Positions 8,722-17,667 of a stretch of DNA of 64,000 nt are shown here, piece after piece. The stretch's first letter is position 1, and every line of letters begins with the position of its first letter. A model generated the notes under the pieces. That model was given only the letters and a program-made list of their open reading frames with translations. It did no database searches and was not told where the DNA came from. Source of the DNA: Dehalococcoidia bacterium (GTDB taxonomy: Bacteria; Chloroflexota; Dehalococcoidia; Lucifugimonadales; CATOSD01); the NCBI GenBank assembly GCA_965204815.1, contig OZ242014.1, forward strand, positions 485,654 through 549,653. Reading direction: 5' to 3'. Made by a program: the position numbers and the translations under genes.

Positions 8722-9444
8722 GTGACCAAAGCGCGAGTTAGACGCGCCGCCTTCACCCCCATCCTAACCCTACGGCAGGCTCAGGGCAGGCTCTTCCCCC
8801 TGCGAGGGGGAAGGGACTTGGTGGCCCTCGCCGCCCTCGCCCTCCTCGCCGCCCTCGCCCTCCTCGCCTGCGCCCAGCCCGCCGCGTCCCCCTCCCCCAC
8901 GCCCCCGCCCGCAGTCGCGCCGCCTGCCACGTCCACGCCCGCCCCCACGCCCACGCCCACCGCGACTCCCGCGCCTACCGCCACCGCCGCGCCAACCCCC
9001 ACCCCCACCGTCGCGCCACCCGAACTCCAGCTCGGCGCCCCCGCCCCCGACTTCCAGGTCACCCGCTTCAACGGCGACACCCTCCGCCTCAGCGACCTCC
9101 GCGGCCAGGTCGTCGTCCTCAACTTCTGGGCCTCCTGGTGCCCACCCTGCCGACGCGAAATGCCCTCCTTCCAAGACGCCTGGCTCGCCTCCCGCGACGA
9201 CGGCGTCGTCTTCGTCGGCCTCGCCTCCGGCGACCTCGAGCCCGACGCCCGCGCCTTCGCCCAGCACGTCGGCGTCACCTACCCCCTCGGCCTCGACCTC
9301 GACGGCGCAGTCGCCAACGCCTACCTCGTCCGCGTCATGCCCACCACCTACTTCATCGACCGCGAAGGCCTCCTCCAGCGCAAACTCTCCGGCTTCGTAA
9401 ACCTCGGCGTCCTCAAAGTCTTCATAGCCGGCCAAACCCAGTAA
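8722..9444 (+). CDS. TlpA/ResA-like thiol-disulfide oxidoreductase lipoprotein
   Basis: GTG 8722 after AAGGAG. Lipobox LLAC, PT linker, LRGQVVVLNFWASWCPPCRREMP and PTTYFIDREG. Confidence 0.85.
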   Translation: MTKARVRRAAFTPILTLRQAQGRLFPLRGGRDLVALAALALLAALALLACAQPAASPSPTPPPAVAPPATSTPAPTPTPTATPAPTATAAPTPTPTVAPPELQLGAPAPDFQVTRFNGDTLRLSDLRGQVVVLNFWASWCPPCRREMPSFQDAWLASRDDGVVFVGLASGDLEPDARAFAQHVGVTYPLGLDLDGAVANAYLVRVMPTTYFIDREGLLQRKLSGFVNLGVLKVFIAGQTQ

Positions 9445-9502
9445 CCCCATCTCGGAATCCCTTCCCCCTTCCCCTCCGCACAGTCCCTTCCCCCTTCCCC
9501 CC

Positions 9503-9873
9503 TGTCATTCCGAGCGCAGCCGAGGAATCTAGTGCCCTTGCCAACGAGCCCGCCACCTTACATCCCGAGCGCCCCTTCCCCCCTGTCATTCCGAGCGCCC
9601 CTTCCCCCCTGTCATTCCGAGCGCAGCCGAGGAATCTAGTGCCCTTGCCAGCCAGCCGCCCCCCCTGTCATTCCGAGCGGAGCCGAGGAATCTAGTGCCC
9701 CTGCCAGCCAACCGCCCCCTCCCATTCCGAGCGCAGCGCACCCCCCTCTCCCCCTGTCATTCCGAGCGGAGCGCCTCTTCCCCCCTCCCATTCCGAGCGG
9801 AGCGCCTCCTCCCCCCTCCCATTCCGAGCGCCCCTTCCCCCCTGTCATTCCGAGCGTAGCCGAGGAATCTAGT
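9503..9873 (+). repeat. family-A REP-like array
   Basis: Several TGTCATTCCGAGCG(C/G/T)AGCCGAGGAATCTAG copies plus half copies, separated by C-rich linkers. Confidence 0.9.
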
Positions 9874-9933
9874 GTGCCTGCCAACCACCCTCCCCATTGA
9901 CAAACCCCCCGCCTACCGGCCATAGTGAAACAC

Positions 9934-10287
9934 ATGCGACTGCCGTCAAAGGAAGCCGTCGGCCTCACCCTATTCTTTGTGCTGCTGGCGGCCTCGTTGC
10001 TCGTAGTGCTACTCGGCGCGGAAAAACTACCCTCCGGCGCCTTCCGGATCATCCGGTACATAGTCACCGAAATGGAGGCCTTCGTCGTCGCCTCCGGCGC
10101 CCTGGCCTACAGCTCCACAGAAGGAGGAACCATGATAGCCGAAGCATTCCTCAAAAAGCGCCAACAAAAAGGCCGCGAGGAGGAGCGCGCCGCCTGGATG
10201 GCTTGGTACGAGGCCAACCGCGAGCACCTGAAAGGCACCACACCCCCGCCCTTTATGCGAGACTCGAAAGAAGAGGACCAACCATGA
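9934..10287 (+). CDS. hypothetical: two TM segments fused to a small charged domain (internal start at 10132)
   Basis: TTGACA(9897)-N18-CATAGT precedes ATG 9934. Hydrophobic N-half; C-half MIAEAFLKKRQQKGREEERAAW; paralog at 16789. Confidence 0.6.
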   Translation: MRLPSKEAVGLTLFFVLLAASLLVVLLGAEKLPSGAFRIIRYIVTEMEAFVVASGALAYSSTEGGTMIAEAFLKKRQQKGREEERAAWMAWYEANREHLKGTTPPPFMRDSKEEDQP

Positions 10288-10445
10288 TAGCCGAAGCATT
10301 CCTCAAGAAACGCGAACAAAAAGGCCGGGAGGCAGGCCGCCGCCAGGTCGACGCCGAGTGGCGCCCCTGGTATGAGCGCTTGCAGGCCGCCAAACAGCGC
10401 GGCGAACCCTTCGACGAACCCCCGCCAGAGAAGGCGAAACCATGA
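10284..10445 (+). CDS. small hypothetical protein MIAEAFLKKREQKGRE..WRPWYERLQAAKQRGEPFDEPPP
   Basis: RBS GAGGA and ATGA overlap; paralogous to the C-halves of 9934-10287 and 16789-17187. Confidence 0.7.
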   Translation: MIAEAFLKKREQKGREAGRRQVDAEWRPWYERLQAAKQRGEPFDEPPPEKAKP

Positions 10446-10624
10446 CCACCGAAGAACGCCTCGGCACACTCGAAGAACGCACCACCCAGCACGACGCCGC
10501 CATATCCGACGTCCGCGCCGAGCTCCGCGCCCTCAACAGCCGAATCGACCGCGTGTTCCTCGCCATACTGGGCATAGGCGCGGCCCAAATCGCCTTGCTG
10601 ATCACCCTCATACTCCGCAGCTAA
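10442..10624 (+). CDS. small coiled-coil protein with C-terminal TM
   Basis: MTTEERLGTLEE heptads plus hydrophobic tail; ATGA coupling. Confidence 0.7.
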   Translation: MTTEERLGTLEERTTQHDAAISDVRAELRALNSRIDRVFLAILGIGAAQIALLITLILRS

Positions 10625-10644
10625 GGAACCAACGGGGAAGAACC

Positions 10645-10893
10645 ATGACCACCGAAGAACGCCTCGGCACCCTCGAAGAACGCACCACCCAGCACGACGC
10701 CGCCATCGCCGACATCCGCGCCGAACTGCGCCAGGGATTCGCCGACGTCCGTGCCGACCTCCGCTCCGAGATACGCGCCGTCAACCTGCGCGTCGACTCC
10801 CTCAACGCCCGCTTCGACCGCCTCTTCTACACCCTCCTCGGCCTCCTCATCGCCCAGGCCGGCGTAATCCTCACAGTCGTCCTACGAACCTAG
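10645..10893 (+). CDS. small coiled-coil protein with C-terminal TM (paralog)
   Basis: Same first ~21 residues as 10442; RBS GGGGAAG. Confidence 0.7.
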   Translation: MTTEERLGTLEERTTQHDAAIADIRAELRQGFADVRADLRSEIRAVNLRVDSLNARFDRLFYTLLGLLIAQAGVILTVVLRT

Positions 10894-10915
10894 CGCCAGC
10901 GGCAAAGGACCAACC

Positions 10916-11125
10916 ATGAACGACGCCACACAACAGACCCTGTTCGAACTGGACAAGCGCGTAGGCGTTATCGAGGCAGAGCTCAAACACCTCGCCACCA
11001 AAGCCGACCTGAGCCTGCTGAGAGCCGACGTCGAAAAGGCCATCAACAACCAGACCCGCTGGATGGTAGGCGCCATCATCGCCACCGCCTCGTTGGTGGT
11101 GCTCATCACCAGGATCTTGGCTTAG
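10916..11125 (+). CDS. DUF1640/CCDC90-like coiled-coil membrane protein
   Basis: HLATKADL motif, NQTRW then TM; RBS AAAGGA. Confidence 0.7.
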   Translation: MNDATQQTLFELDKRVGVIEAELKHLATKADLSLLRADVEKAINNQTRWMVGAIIATASLVVLITRILA

Positions 11126-11134
11126 AGGAATCCC

Positions 11135-11344
11135 ATGACCACCACCGAACAACGCATGACAATCCTGGAAACCGAGTTCAGAACCGAACTCAAACACCTC
11201 GCCACCAAAGCCGACCTCAAAGACCTCGAAACCCGCCTAACGTCCGACATGAAAGAACTCGAAACCCGCCTCATGCTCCGCCTCGGCGGACTCATGGTCG
11301 CCGGCTTCGGCGCCGTCATAGCCGCCCTCCGACTATGGCAGTAA
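11135..11344 (+). CDS. DUF1640/CCDC90-like coiled-coil membrane protein
   Basis: HLATKADLKDLETRL..RLGGLMVAG; RBS AGAGGA. Confidence 0.75.
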   Translation: MTTTEQRMTILETEFRTELKHLATKADLKDLETRLTSDMKELETRLMLRLGGLMVAGFGAVIAALRLWQ

Positions 11345-11371
11345 CCACCTATCCCTTCCCCCCCTCCCCCC

Positions 11372-11525
11372 TGTCATACCGAGCGCCCCTTCCCCCCTGT
11401 CATTCCGAGCGCAGCCGAGGAATCTAGTGCCCTTGCCAACGAGCCCGTCACCTTACATCCCCTCCCCCCTGCCATTCCGAGCGCCCCCTCCCCCCTGTCA
11501 TTCCGAGCGCAGCCGAGGAATCCAG
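11372..11525 (+). repeat. family-A REP-like array
   Basis: Two full and several half copies; the linker TGCCCTTGCCAACGAGCCCG also occurs at 9533. Confidence 0.85.
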
Positions 11526-11571
11526 TGTCCACTCCCTCCCACACCACCCCAAAATACCGCCCCCACGCCCA

Positions 11572-11600
11572 TTGACACCACACAACATGTCCTATACACT
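11572..11600 (+). promoter_or_regulatory. sigma70-type promoter of the large surface-protein gene
   Basis: TTGACA-N17-TACACT. Confidence 0.65.
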
Positions 11601-12021
11601 TTCCGCTGTCGTATGAAATGTGTCCGGCATCCAACCCCAGTGCGTCCGCGCAAACGCACATCGGAGTCTACGCTTTGACATTTCCCGTGCGCCAGGGACA
11701 CCCGCCCGCCATCACGCAGGCGCCCCAACCCTCGCCCACCTCCGCTCTGCCCGCACCCAGCGGCGCAGAGCCTTTCTGCGTCTACCACCCACCCTCACTC
11801 CGCGACGAAAGCGAGGTCTACCATGCTTACGCCTTCCGCCTCTTCAGGAGCGGACCCTCCCCACCTTAAAGCCGGCCCCCGCCTCGTCACTCCCGCCAAA
11901 GCGGGAAACCAGGGCGTGGGTCACAACAAAGGAGCACGGACTCATCGACATCTTCTCTAATCTTCCAACCAGCAACCCCAACATCAACCATCCGTCAAAC
12001 CCAACTCACAGGGGGAAATAA

Positions 12022-15000
12022 TTGAAAAGCTCAGTTAGGATACTAGCCATAGCCCTCGCGCTGGCCTTCCTGCTCCTGGCTCGCACCGCCTTCCAGGACA
12101 GCCCCACCAGCGCGAAGGAGCACATAGACCTCAAGGACGGCGAGGCTTCCTTCGCCGACCCCATCGAGCCCAAGAACGAGGCCAAGTACCTCGGCTTCGG
12201 CAGCACCGCCACCCAAACGGTGACCTTCTACATCAAGAGCGAGGACCTCGGCACACAGATCACCGCCAGGACGTCATCGGTGGATTTGGCCGCTGCTACA
12301 AGCACGTTGACCGCTCCCGCGCCACTCGACGCCGCTCTCATCTACACTCTCCGGGGCGGCAGAACGGGGCCTGCCACCATTGATCAGATGGGCACAACTT
12401 CAGCGGTGACGGATATATCAGCTGTAAACCTCGCCGATGCCGCCGCGACCACAACCATCGCAGCGGGTCTCGACGCCTTGTATTGCGATACGAGCGCTGC
12501 GATTGAGGATTATGTCTTGGAGTACGCCGGCGGTGACGCTTACACCAAGGAGGACGCGGCGGACGCCATGATCAAAGTCGTCGGCTGGGGTGTAGCAACT
12601 ACCACCATTGAAGGTGCCGCAGGCGCCTGCCCTACCGGTGCTGCGCGAGCAGAGGGCGATCGCATGGCAATTACGGATAGTAAGCGCAACGAGCTTGCTA
12701 TGGCCGCGGTAGCCGCAATAAGGCAACTCAACACAGACGAGGAAAATGCGGCCAAGGAAGCCAACGATCTGCTCTACAGCTACAAGAGCGGCAACGACTA
12801 CGTAGCGTCCACCTCCACGAACCCCGCGCGGCGCTATACGAACCAAGTGCTCGCTGACCCAAGTGCGCCAACGCGCGACACGGTGGGCAGCACAGAAGAC
12901 AACAAAAAGCCTCTGGCTGCAGGCGGCGTCAAGATCACGGTGGTGGATACGGACACGTCTGGCACCACGCCTGTCGTAACCACCAGGACACCGCCGACTT
13001 TCGACGACAACAGAGATGGAGGGGTGTTCCGCATAGCCTTTGCGCTTGGCGCCGCGCCAAGCCCAGGCACTAGGGAGATCACCGTCGACGCGACCTTCGA
13101 CATCGTGGATGTGTACGAGGCATCGGACATGGCGTCGACGACAACGCTCTATCCCGATTACACCAGCGGCTACAGGCGCGCGTACGTGAGCAGCGGCTCC
13201 GACAGCGGCCAGTGGGTGGAGATCAAGGAAGTGGTGTCGACCACTGACGAGAATGGTTCGCCTACCTCCAACCTGTTCCGGGGCACTGTCGTTATCACCA
13301 ACGACACCAGCCAACTCACGGGCAACAACCCGCCAATCTACGCGCAGGACGGCGACACGCTCACCCTGCAGGTCTTCGACGAGAACGACAACCGCAGCAG
13401 CGACGTGCTCGCCACGGCGACCGCGCTCATCGACGACTCCCCGCCGACCATCAGCGACCTCAACCCCGCTGACAAGAGCGTCATCGACGACGACACGCTG
13501 CAGATCTCCTTCAACGTCAACGACGAGGGCGCCGGCCTTGACTTCAGGGCCGTCGACGAGGAAAAGGTCGTGACGAAGGTCGAAGCGCAGGTTATCCAAG
13601 ACGACAAGATGGGCAAGAAGTGCACGCTGGCCGGTGGCGACAAGTACCAGGGTGACATCGACAACGCCGGCGGCAACGCCAGCCGTGTCGGAGTCCTGGT
13701 GTCGCCGAGTGGTCAGAAGTTCTCCGGCCGGTGCCCCGACATCGTGAAGACGGCGGGCGGCGGCAAGTTCAACCTCATAATCACGTCGCGGGACCTCGCC
13801 GGCAACATAGACGAGCACATCACGCAGCTCACCATCGACACGGCCAAGCCGAGGGTGGACGAGAACCCGGAGGTGGGCCAGGCCTGGGACGAGGACAAGA
13901 ACAAGCGCAAGAACAGCGTGAACTCCATACTCATTGAGTTCAGCGAGTCGCTGGACCCTGACACCGTGGCCGCCACCGACTTCACGGTCGCCGGCTACAC
14001 CATCGACACCGTCCAGGTCGTGGGCACCGACGACGACAACAACAAGAACCTCAACAGGTTCGTCGTGCTCACGCTCACCGAGGACCTCGCCAACAACGCG
14101 CGGCCCAGCGTGACCGTCACCGGCGTGGACGACGTCGCCGGCAACACCATACAGAAGGTGACGCGCACCTCGGACAACAAGATCGCGGCCAAGCTCACTG
14201 TGGTGCCCTTCTCGGCGCTCATAGCCAAGGACAAGGAGCTGGCCATCAGCTTCACCGCCGACGAGGCGCTGCGCGCGACGAGCGACATGTACAAGACCGA
14301 GGCGTCGGTCAACGGCGACAAGGACGGCTTGGCCATCAAGGTGGCCGCCGATACCATGGGCGGCTCCGGCACCTTCAAGCAGAAGACGTTCGACAAGAGC
14401 CGCGCCTACGGCGTGATGATCCGCGCCGTGGACGTGAATAGCAACAAGACCGACGAGGGCGCCGAGAGCGTCGACGACGAGGACCTGACGCTGAAACTCC
14501 AAGCCGATAAGGATGAAGGCGAGACCTTCGAGGTAACGCTCAAGAAGTGGCCGCCCGCTGACGCCAACCTGGACGGCGACTTCGGCGGAGAGGTCGTGGC
14601 CAAGATCGACGGCAATGAGGTCGCATCCTCGACCGACGCCGACGACACGGTCAACTGGAGCAACGGCAAGGTGACGCTGAAGGTTAACGCCGGCGAGGAG
14701 GTGGCCAAGGACGCCACTGTCACCCTCGTCTACAAGTACGTCACCGCCGACCAGGTAATCCAGGTCGACGTGACCAAGCCGACGATGACCTCGAACCCGA
14801 AGGACAACACCGAGACCGACTACGCCTCCGGCGCGATCCAGTTCATCTGGAGCGAGGCCGACGAGTACGCCGGCGACAGCTACAAGACGGTCACGCTCAA
14901 CTCTGCCATGCACGAGGCGAGCGGCACGAGCACGGACATACTGTCCAAGCTCAGGACCAACGACAACAAGACCTGGACGTTCAACCCCGAGGCGCCCCTG

Positions 15001-15651
15001 GCGCTCGGAGCGCACGAGTTCACGCTCAAGGCCACCGACGCCGCTGGCAACAGCAACACTGTGTCGGTCACGATAACGGTCATCGAGCGTAAGCCGGTAA
15101 CGATTAACCTCAGCCCCGGCTGGAACCTCATCTCGCTCCGCGGCATGCCCGCAAGCTCGGACGTAAACGCCATATTCGCCACCTCCAGTGGCGTAAGCGT
15201 GGTGTCCCAGTACGACGGGCGCAGGGTCTCCCCCTGGACCGTCTGGAACCGCCGCGAAGACGGCAGCCTGTCGTCATCGCCCGCGGGCAGGACGGTCATC
15301 GACTCCGGCCTGGGCATGTACGTCCTCAGCGACGGCACGCCTCTCAAGGTCGACATACCCGGCACGTCGAGAGACAACCCGGACGTAGTGCCGCCGTCCA
15401 TCGAGCTGATACCCGGCTGGAACCTGGTGGCCGTCATCCTGGTAAGTGAGGACACGGTCGGAGTGAACGAATACCTGCCTGAGGGCGCGTGGTCGCGGGC
15501 ATTCCGCCTCAACAACACCACCGGGCAGTTCCAGAGCTTCTCGCCGCTTACGAGGCAAGACAACGGAATGTTCAACGACGATCCGCCGCTCAGTTCGGGC
15601 AACGCCCTCTGGGTCTACGCCACCAAGGCGGCGACCATCGTACCCAAGTAG
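12022..15651 (+). CDS. large secreted Ig-like-repeat surface (S-layer-like) protein, 1209 aa
   Basis: Signal peptide; Asp/Thr-rich; repeated D-x-AGN Ig-like motifs (RDLAGN, DDVAGN, TDAAGN); C-terminal LSPGWNLIS / LIPGWNLVA pair. Confidence 0.75.
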   Translation: MKSSVRILAIALALAFLLLARTAFQDSPTSAKEHIDLKDGEASFADPIEPKNEAKYLGFGSTATQTVTFYIKSEDLGTQITARTSSVDLAAATSTLTAPAPLDAALIYTLRGGRTGPATIDQMGTTSAVTDISAVNLADAAATTTIAAGLDALYCDTSAAIEDYVLEYAGGDAYTKEDAADAMIKVVGWGVATTTIEGAAGACPTGAARAEGDRMAITDSKRNELAMAAVAAIRQLNTDEENAAKEANDLLYSYKSGNDYVASTSTNPARRYTNQVLADPSAPTRDTVGSTEDNKKPLAAGGVKITVVDTDTSGTTPVVTTRTPPTFDDNRDGGVFRIAFALGAAPSPGTREITVDATFDIVDVYEASDMASTTTLYPDYTSGYRRAYVSSGSDSGQWVEIKEVVSTTDENGSPTSNLFRGTVVITNDTSQLTGNNPPIYAQDGDTLTLQVFDENDNRSSDVLATATALIDDSPPTISDLNPADKSVIDDDTLQISFNVNDEGAGLDFRAVDEEKVVTKVEAQVIQDDKMGKKCTLAGGDKYQGDIDNAGGNASRVGVLVSPSGQKFSGRCPDIVKTAGGGKFNLIITSRDLAGNIDEHITQLTIDTAKPRVDENPEVGQAWDEDKNKRKNSVNSILIEFSESLDPDTVAATDFTVAGYTIDTVQVVGTDDDNNKNLNRFVVLTLTEDLANNARPSVTVTGVDDVAGNTIQKVTRTSDNKIAAKLTVVPFSALIAKDKELAISFTADEALRATSDMYKTEASVNGDKDGLAIKVAADTMGGSGTFKQKTFDKSRAYGVMIRAVDVNSNKTDEGAESVDDEDLTLKLQADKDEGETFEVTLKKWPPADANLDGDFGGEVVAKIDGNEVASSTDADDTVNWSNGKVTLKVNAGEEVAKDATVTLVYKYVTADQVIQVDVTKPTMTSNPKDNTETDYASGAIQFIWSEADEYAGDSYKTVTLNSAMHEASGTSTDILSKLRTNDNKTWTFNPEAPLALGAHEFTLKATDAAGNSNTVSVTITVIERKPVTINLSPGWNLISLRGMPASSDVNAIFATSSGVSVVSQYDGRRVSPWTVWNRREDGSLSSSPAGRTVIDSGLGMYVLSDGTPLKVDIPGTSRDNPDVVPPSIELIPGWNLVAVILVSEDTVGVNEYLPEGAWSRAFRLNNTTGQFQSFSPLTRQDNGMFNDDPPLSSGNALWVYATKAATIVPK

Positions 15652-15696
15652 CCCCTCGGGGTTGCTAACCCAAAATTAGCCAGGAAGCAATGAAAA

Positions 15697-15748
15697 GCGG
15701 CCCCCTGCCCGTCACTCCCGTCAAACCGGGAACCAGGCAGGGGGCCGC
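15697..15748 (+). terminator. long hairpin after the surface-protein gene, with a REP variant in its loop
   Basis: GCGGCCCCCTGCC...GGCAGGGGGCCGC. Confidence 0.6.
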
Positions 15749-15785
15749 CCTACTTACGCCCCAGTCCCTCCCCCCTCACTCCCCC

Positions 15786-16014
15786 CGTCATTCCGAGCGC
15801 CTTCGTCCCCCTGTCATTCCGAGCGCCCTCCCCCCGTCATTCCGAGCGCCCTCCCCCCTGTCATTCCGAGCGCAGCCGAGGAATCTACCGTCCCTTCCCC
15901 CTCGACGGGGGAAGGTCAGGATGGGGGTGCCAACAAGCCCCCTACCTCTTACTCCCCTCTCCCTCGTCCCCCTGTCATTCCGAGCGCAGCGAAGCGGAGC
16001 CGAGGAATCTAGTG
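15786..16014 (+). repeat. mixed family-A / family-B REP cluster
   Basis: A copies ending near 15886 and 16011; B variant at 15890-15929. Confidence 0.85.
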
Positions 16015-16407
16015 CCCCTGCCACCCACCGAGCGTGAAAGACACAAGGAACCCCACATAGCCACCAGCCGCCGCCTGCTGGAACAGGCCGAGCGCGAGTA
16101 CCGGGCAGGCGACGTCCTACAAGCGTCCGAGAAGGGATGGGGCGCGGCCGCGCACGCAATCAAAGCCATAGCCGAAGAGCGCGGCTGGGAGCACGGCCGG
16201 CACGGCCACCTCGTCAGGGCCGCGCGCCGAATCTCCAACGAGCTGGATCAGCCCAGGGTATGGGAGCTATTCCAGGTCGCCAGCGCCCAACACCAGAACT
16301 TCTACGAAGGCTGGCTCGACAACGAAGACGTCGAACAAGCCCTCGTCAGAGTACGCGAGCTCCTCGCCCTCCTCGAATCCGCCGCGCCGCAAGCACCGCG
16401 CCACTAG
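16012..16407 (+). CDS. PaREP1-like (HEPN-related) protein
   Basis: GDVLQASEKGWGAAAHAIKAIAEERGW.H..H and HQNFYE motifs; paralog at 45601. Confidence 0.75.
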   Translation: MPLPPTERERHKEPHIATSRRLLEQAEREYRAGDVLQASEKGWGAAAHAIKAIAEERGWEHGRHGHLVRAARRISNELDQPRVWELFQVASAQHQNFYEGWLDNEDVEQALVRVRELLALLESAAPQAPRH

Positions 16408-16439
16408 CCCCCACCGCTCGTCCCTCCCCCCTCGCCCCC

Positions 16440-16681
16440 TGTCATTCCGAGCGCCCTCCCCCCTGTCATTCCGAGCGCCCACCCCCTGTCATTCCGAGCG
16501 CAGCCGAGGAATCTAGAGTCCCTTCCCCTCGCCCCCTACCGCTCGTCCCTCCCCCCCCCGTCATTCCGAGCGCCCTCGCCCCCCTGTCATTCCGAGCGCA
16601 GCCGAGGAATCTAGCGCCCCTTCCCCTCGCCCCCCACCGCTCGTCCCCTCTCCCTCGATGGGAGAGGGCCAGGGTGAGGGT
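16440..16681 (+). repeat. mixed family-A / family-B REP cluster
   Basis: Two full A copies, half copies, and a B copy at 16643-16681. Confidence 0.85.
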
Positions 16682-16788
16682 GTGAAAGGCACAACAAGCC
16701 CCCCACCCCCCGGTGTTGACAACAACCGGGCCGGATTATAGGTTGTACACGTCCCAACTGATTCAGAGGGCCATGCGAAAGGAGTAGA

Positions 16789-17187
16789 TTGCGACCGGAC
16801 AAATCACGCGAAGGGCTATACCTGGCGCTGCTTGCGGCGGCGCTGACGGCGGGATTGGCAGCAGTGGCCTGGTACGAGGTCAGGCACAACACGACCGACG
16901 GCGTGCTCGAAACGGTCCTCGCCGTATTCAAGCATATGCAGGGTGTAATAGTGTTCGCCGCGGCGGCAATCTACATCGCAGTGGAAGGAGGATACATGCT
17001 GGCAGAGAGATACCTGCGCAGGCGGTACCGCGAGGGCCGCGAAGACGGGCGCGAAGAAGGCCTGCGGGAAGGCCGGAAGGAACGCGACGCGGCGTGGTCG
17101 GCGTGGCACCAGCGCATGTTAGACGCGCAAAGGCGAGGCGACCCCTTCGACGAGCCCCCGCCCAAAATGGAAGACACTCCCGGCTAA
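16789..17187 (+). CDS. hypothetical: two TM segments plus small charged domain (internal start at 16996)
   Basis: Promoter TTGACA(16716)-N17-TAGGTT; AAGGAG-TTG start; C-half MLAERYLRRRYREGRE..WSAWHQRMLDAQRRGDPFDEPPP. Confidence 0.7.
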   Translation: MRPDKSREGLYLALLAAALTAGLAAVAWYEVRHNTTDGVLETVLAVFKHMQGVIVFAAAAIYIAVEGGYMLAERYLRRRYREGREDGREEGLREGRKERDAAWSAWHQRMLDAQRRGDPFDEPPPKMEDTPG

Positions 17188-17316
17188 CCCCCTACCGCTC
17201 GTCCCCTCTCCCTCGATGGGAGAGGGCCAGGGTGAGGGTGAACAAGCGTGAAGCCGCCCCAGGGCCGTTGACGCGCCGACCGCCATCGTAGACAATACCC
17301 GCGAAAGCGAGGCTAA

Positions 17317-17634
17317 ATGACCACCGAAAGCCGCCTCGGCGCCCTCGAAGGCACAACCGCCGAGCACGCCGCCGCCATCGCCGGCCTCAGAGACGACCTG
17401 CGCGAGGGCCTCGCCGACGTGCGCACCGAGCTACGCGACGCCCGCGCCGAGGCCGCCGCCCTCCGAACCGCCGCCCTGCGAGCCGAGATGCGCGCCGACT
17501 TCGCCGCCCTGCGAGCCGAGATGCGCGCCATCGGTGCGCGCATGGACCGGATCACGCTGGCCCTTGTCGGCGGAAGCATCGCCTTCACGCTCGCCCAGAT
17601 TGGCACAATCATCACAATCATCCTGCGAACCTAG
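17317..17634 (+). CDS. coiled-coil protein with C-terminal TM (paralog of 10442/10645)
   Basis: MTTESRLGALE; duplicated AALRAEMRA; promoter TTGACG(17268)-N17-GACAAT. Confidence 0.7.
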   Translation: MTTESRLGALEGTTAEHAAAIAGLRDDLREGLADVRTELRDARAEAAALRTAALRAEMRADFAALRAEMRAIGARMDRITLALVGGSIAFTLAQIGTIITIILRT

Positions 17635-17667
17635 ACCCTACCGCTCGTCCCCTCTCCCTCGCCCCCT

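Noticed and set aside
11607..12021. Named riboswitch in the long leader
   Set aside because: Hairpins are present but I could not match a known aptamer consensus by eye; this needs Infernal.
12418..15015. 865-aa minus-strand ORF and similar antisense ORFs (e.g. 3471-5009, 21441-23810, 42669-44330)
   Set aside because: These are shadow frames of well-supported genes on the opposite strand, expected in high-GC DNA.
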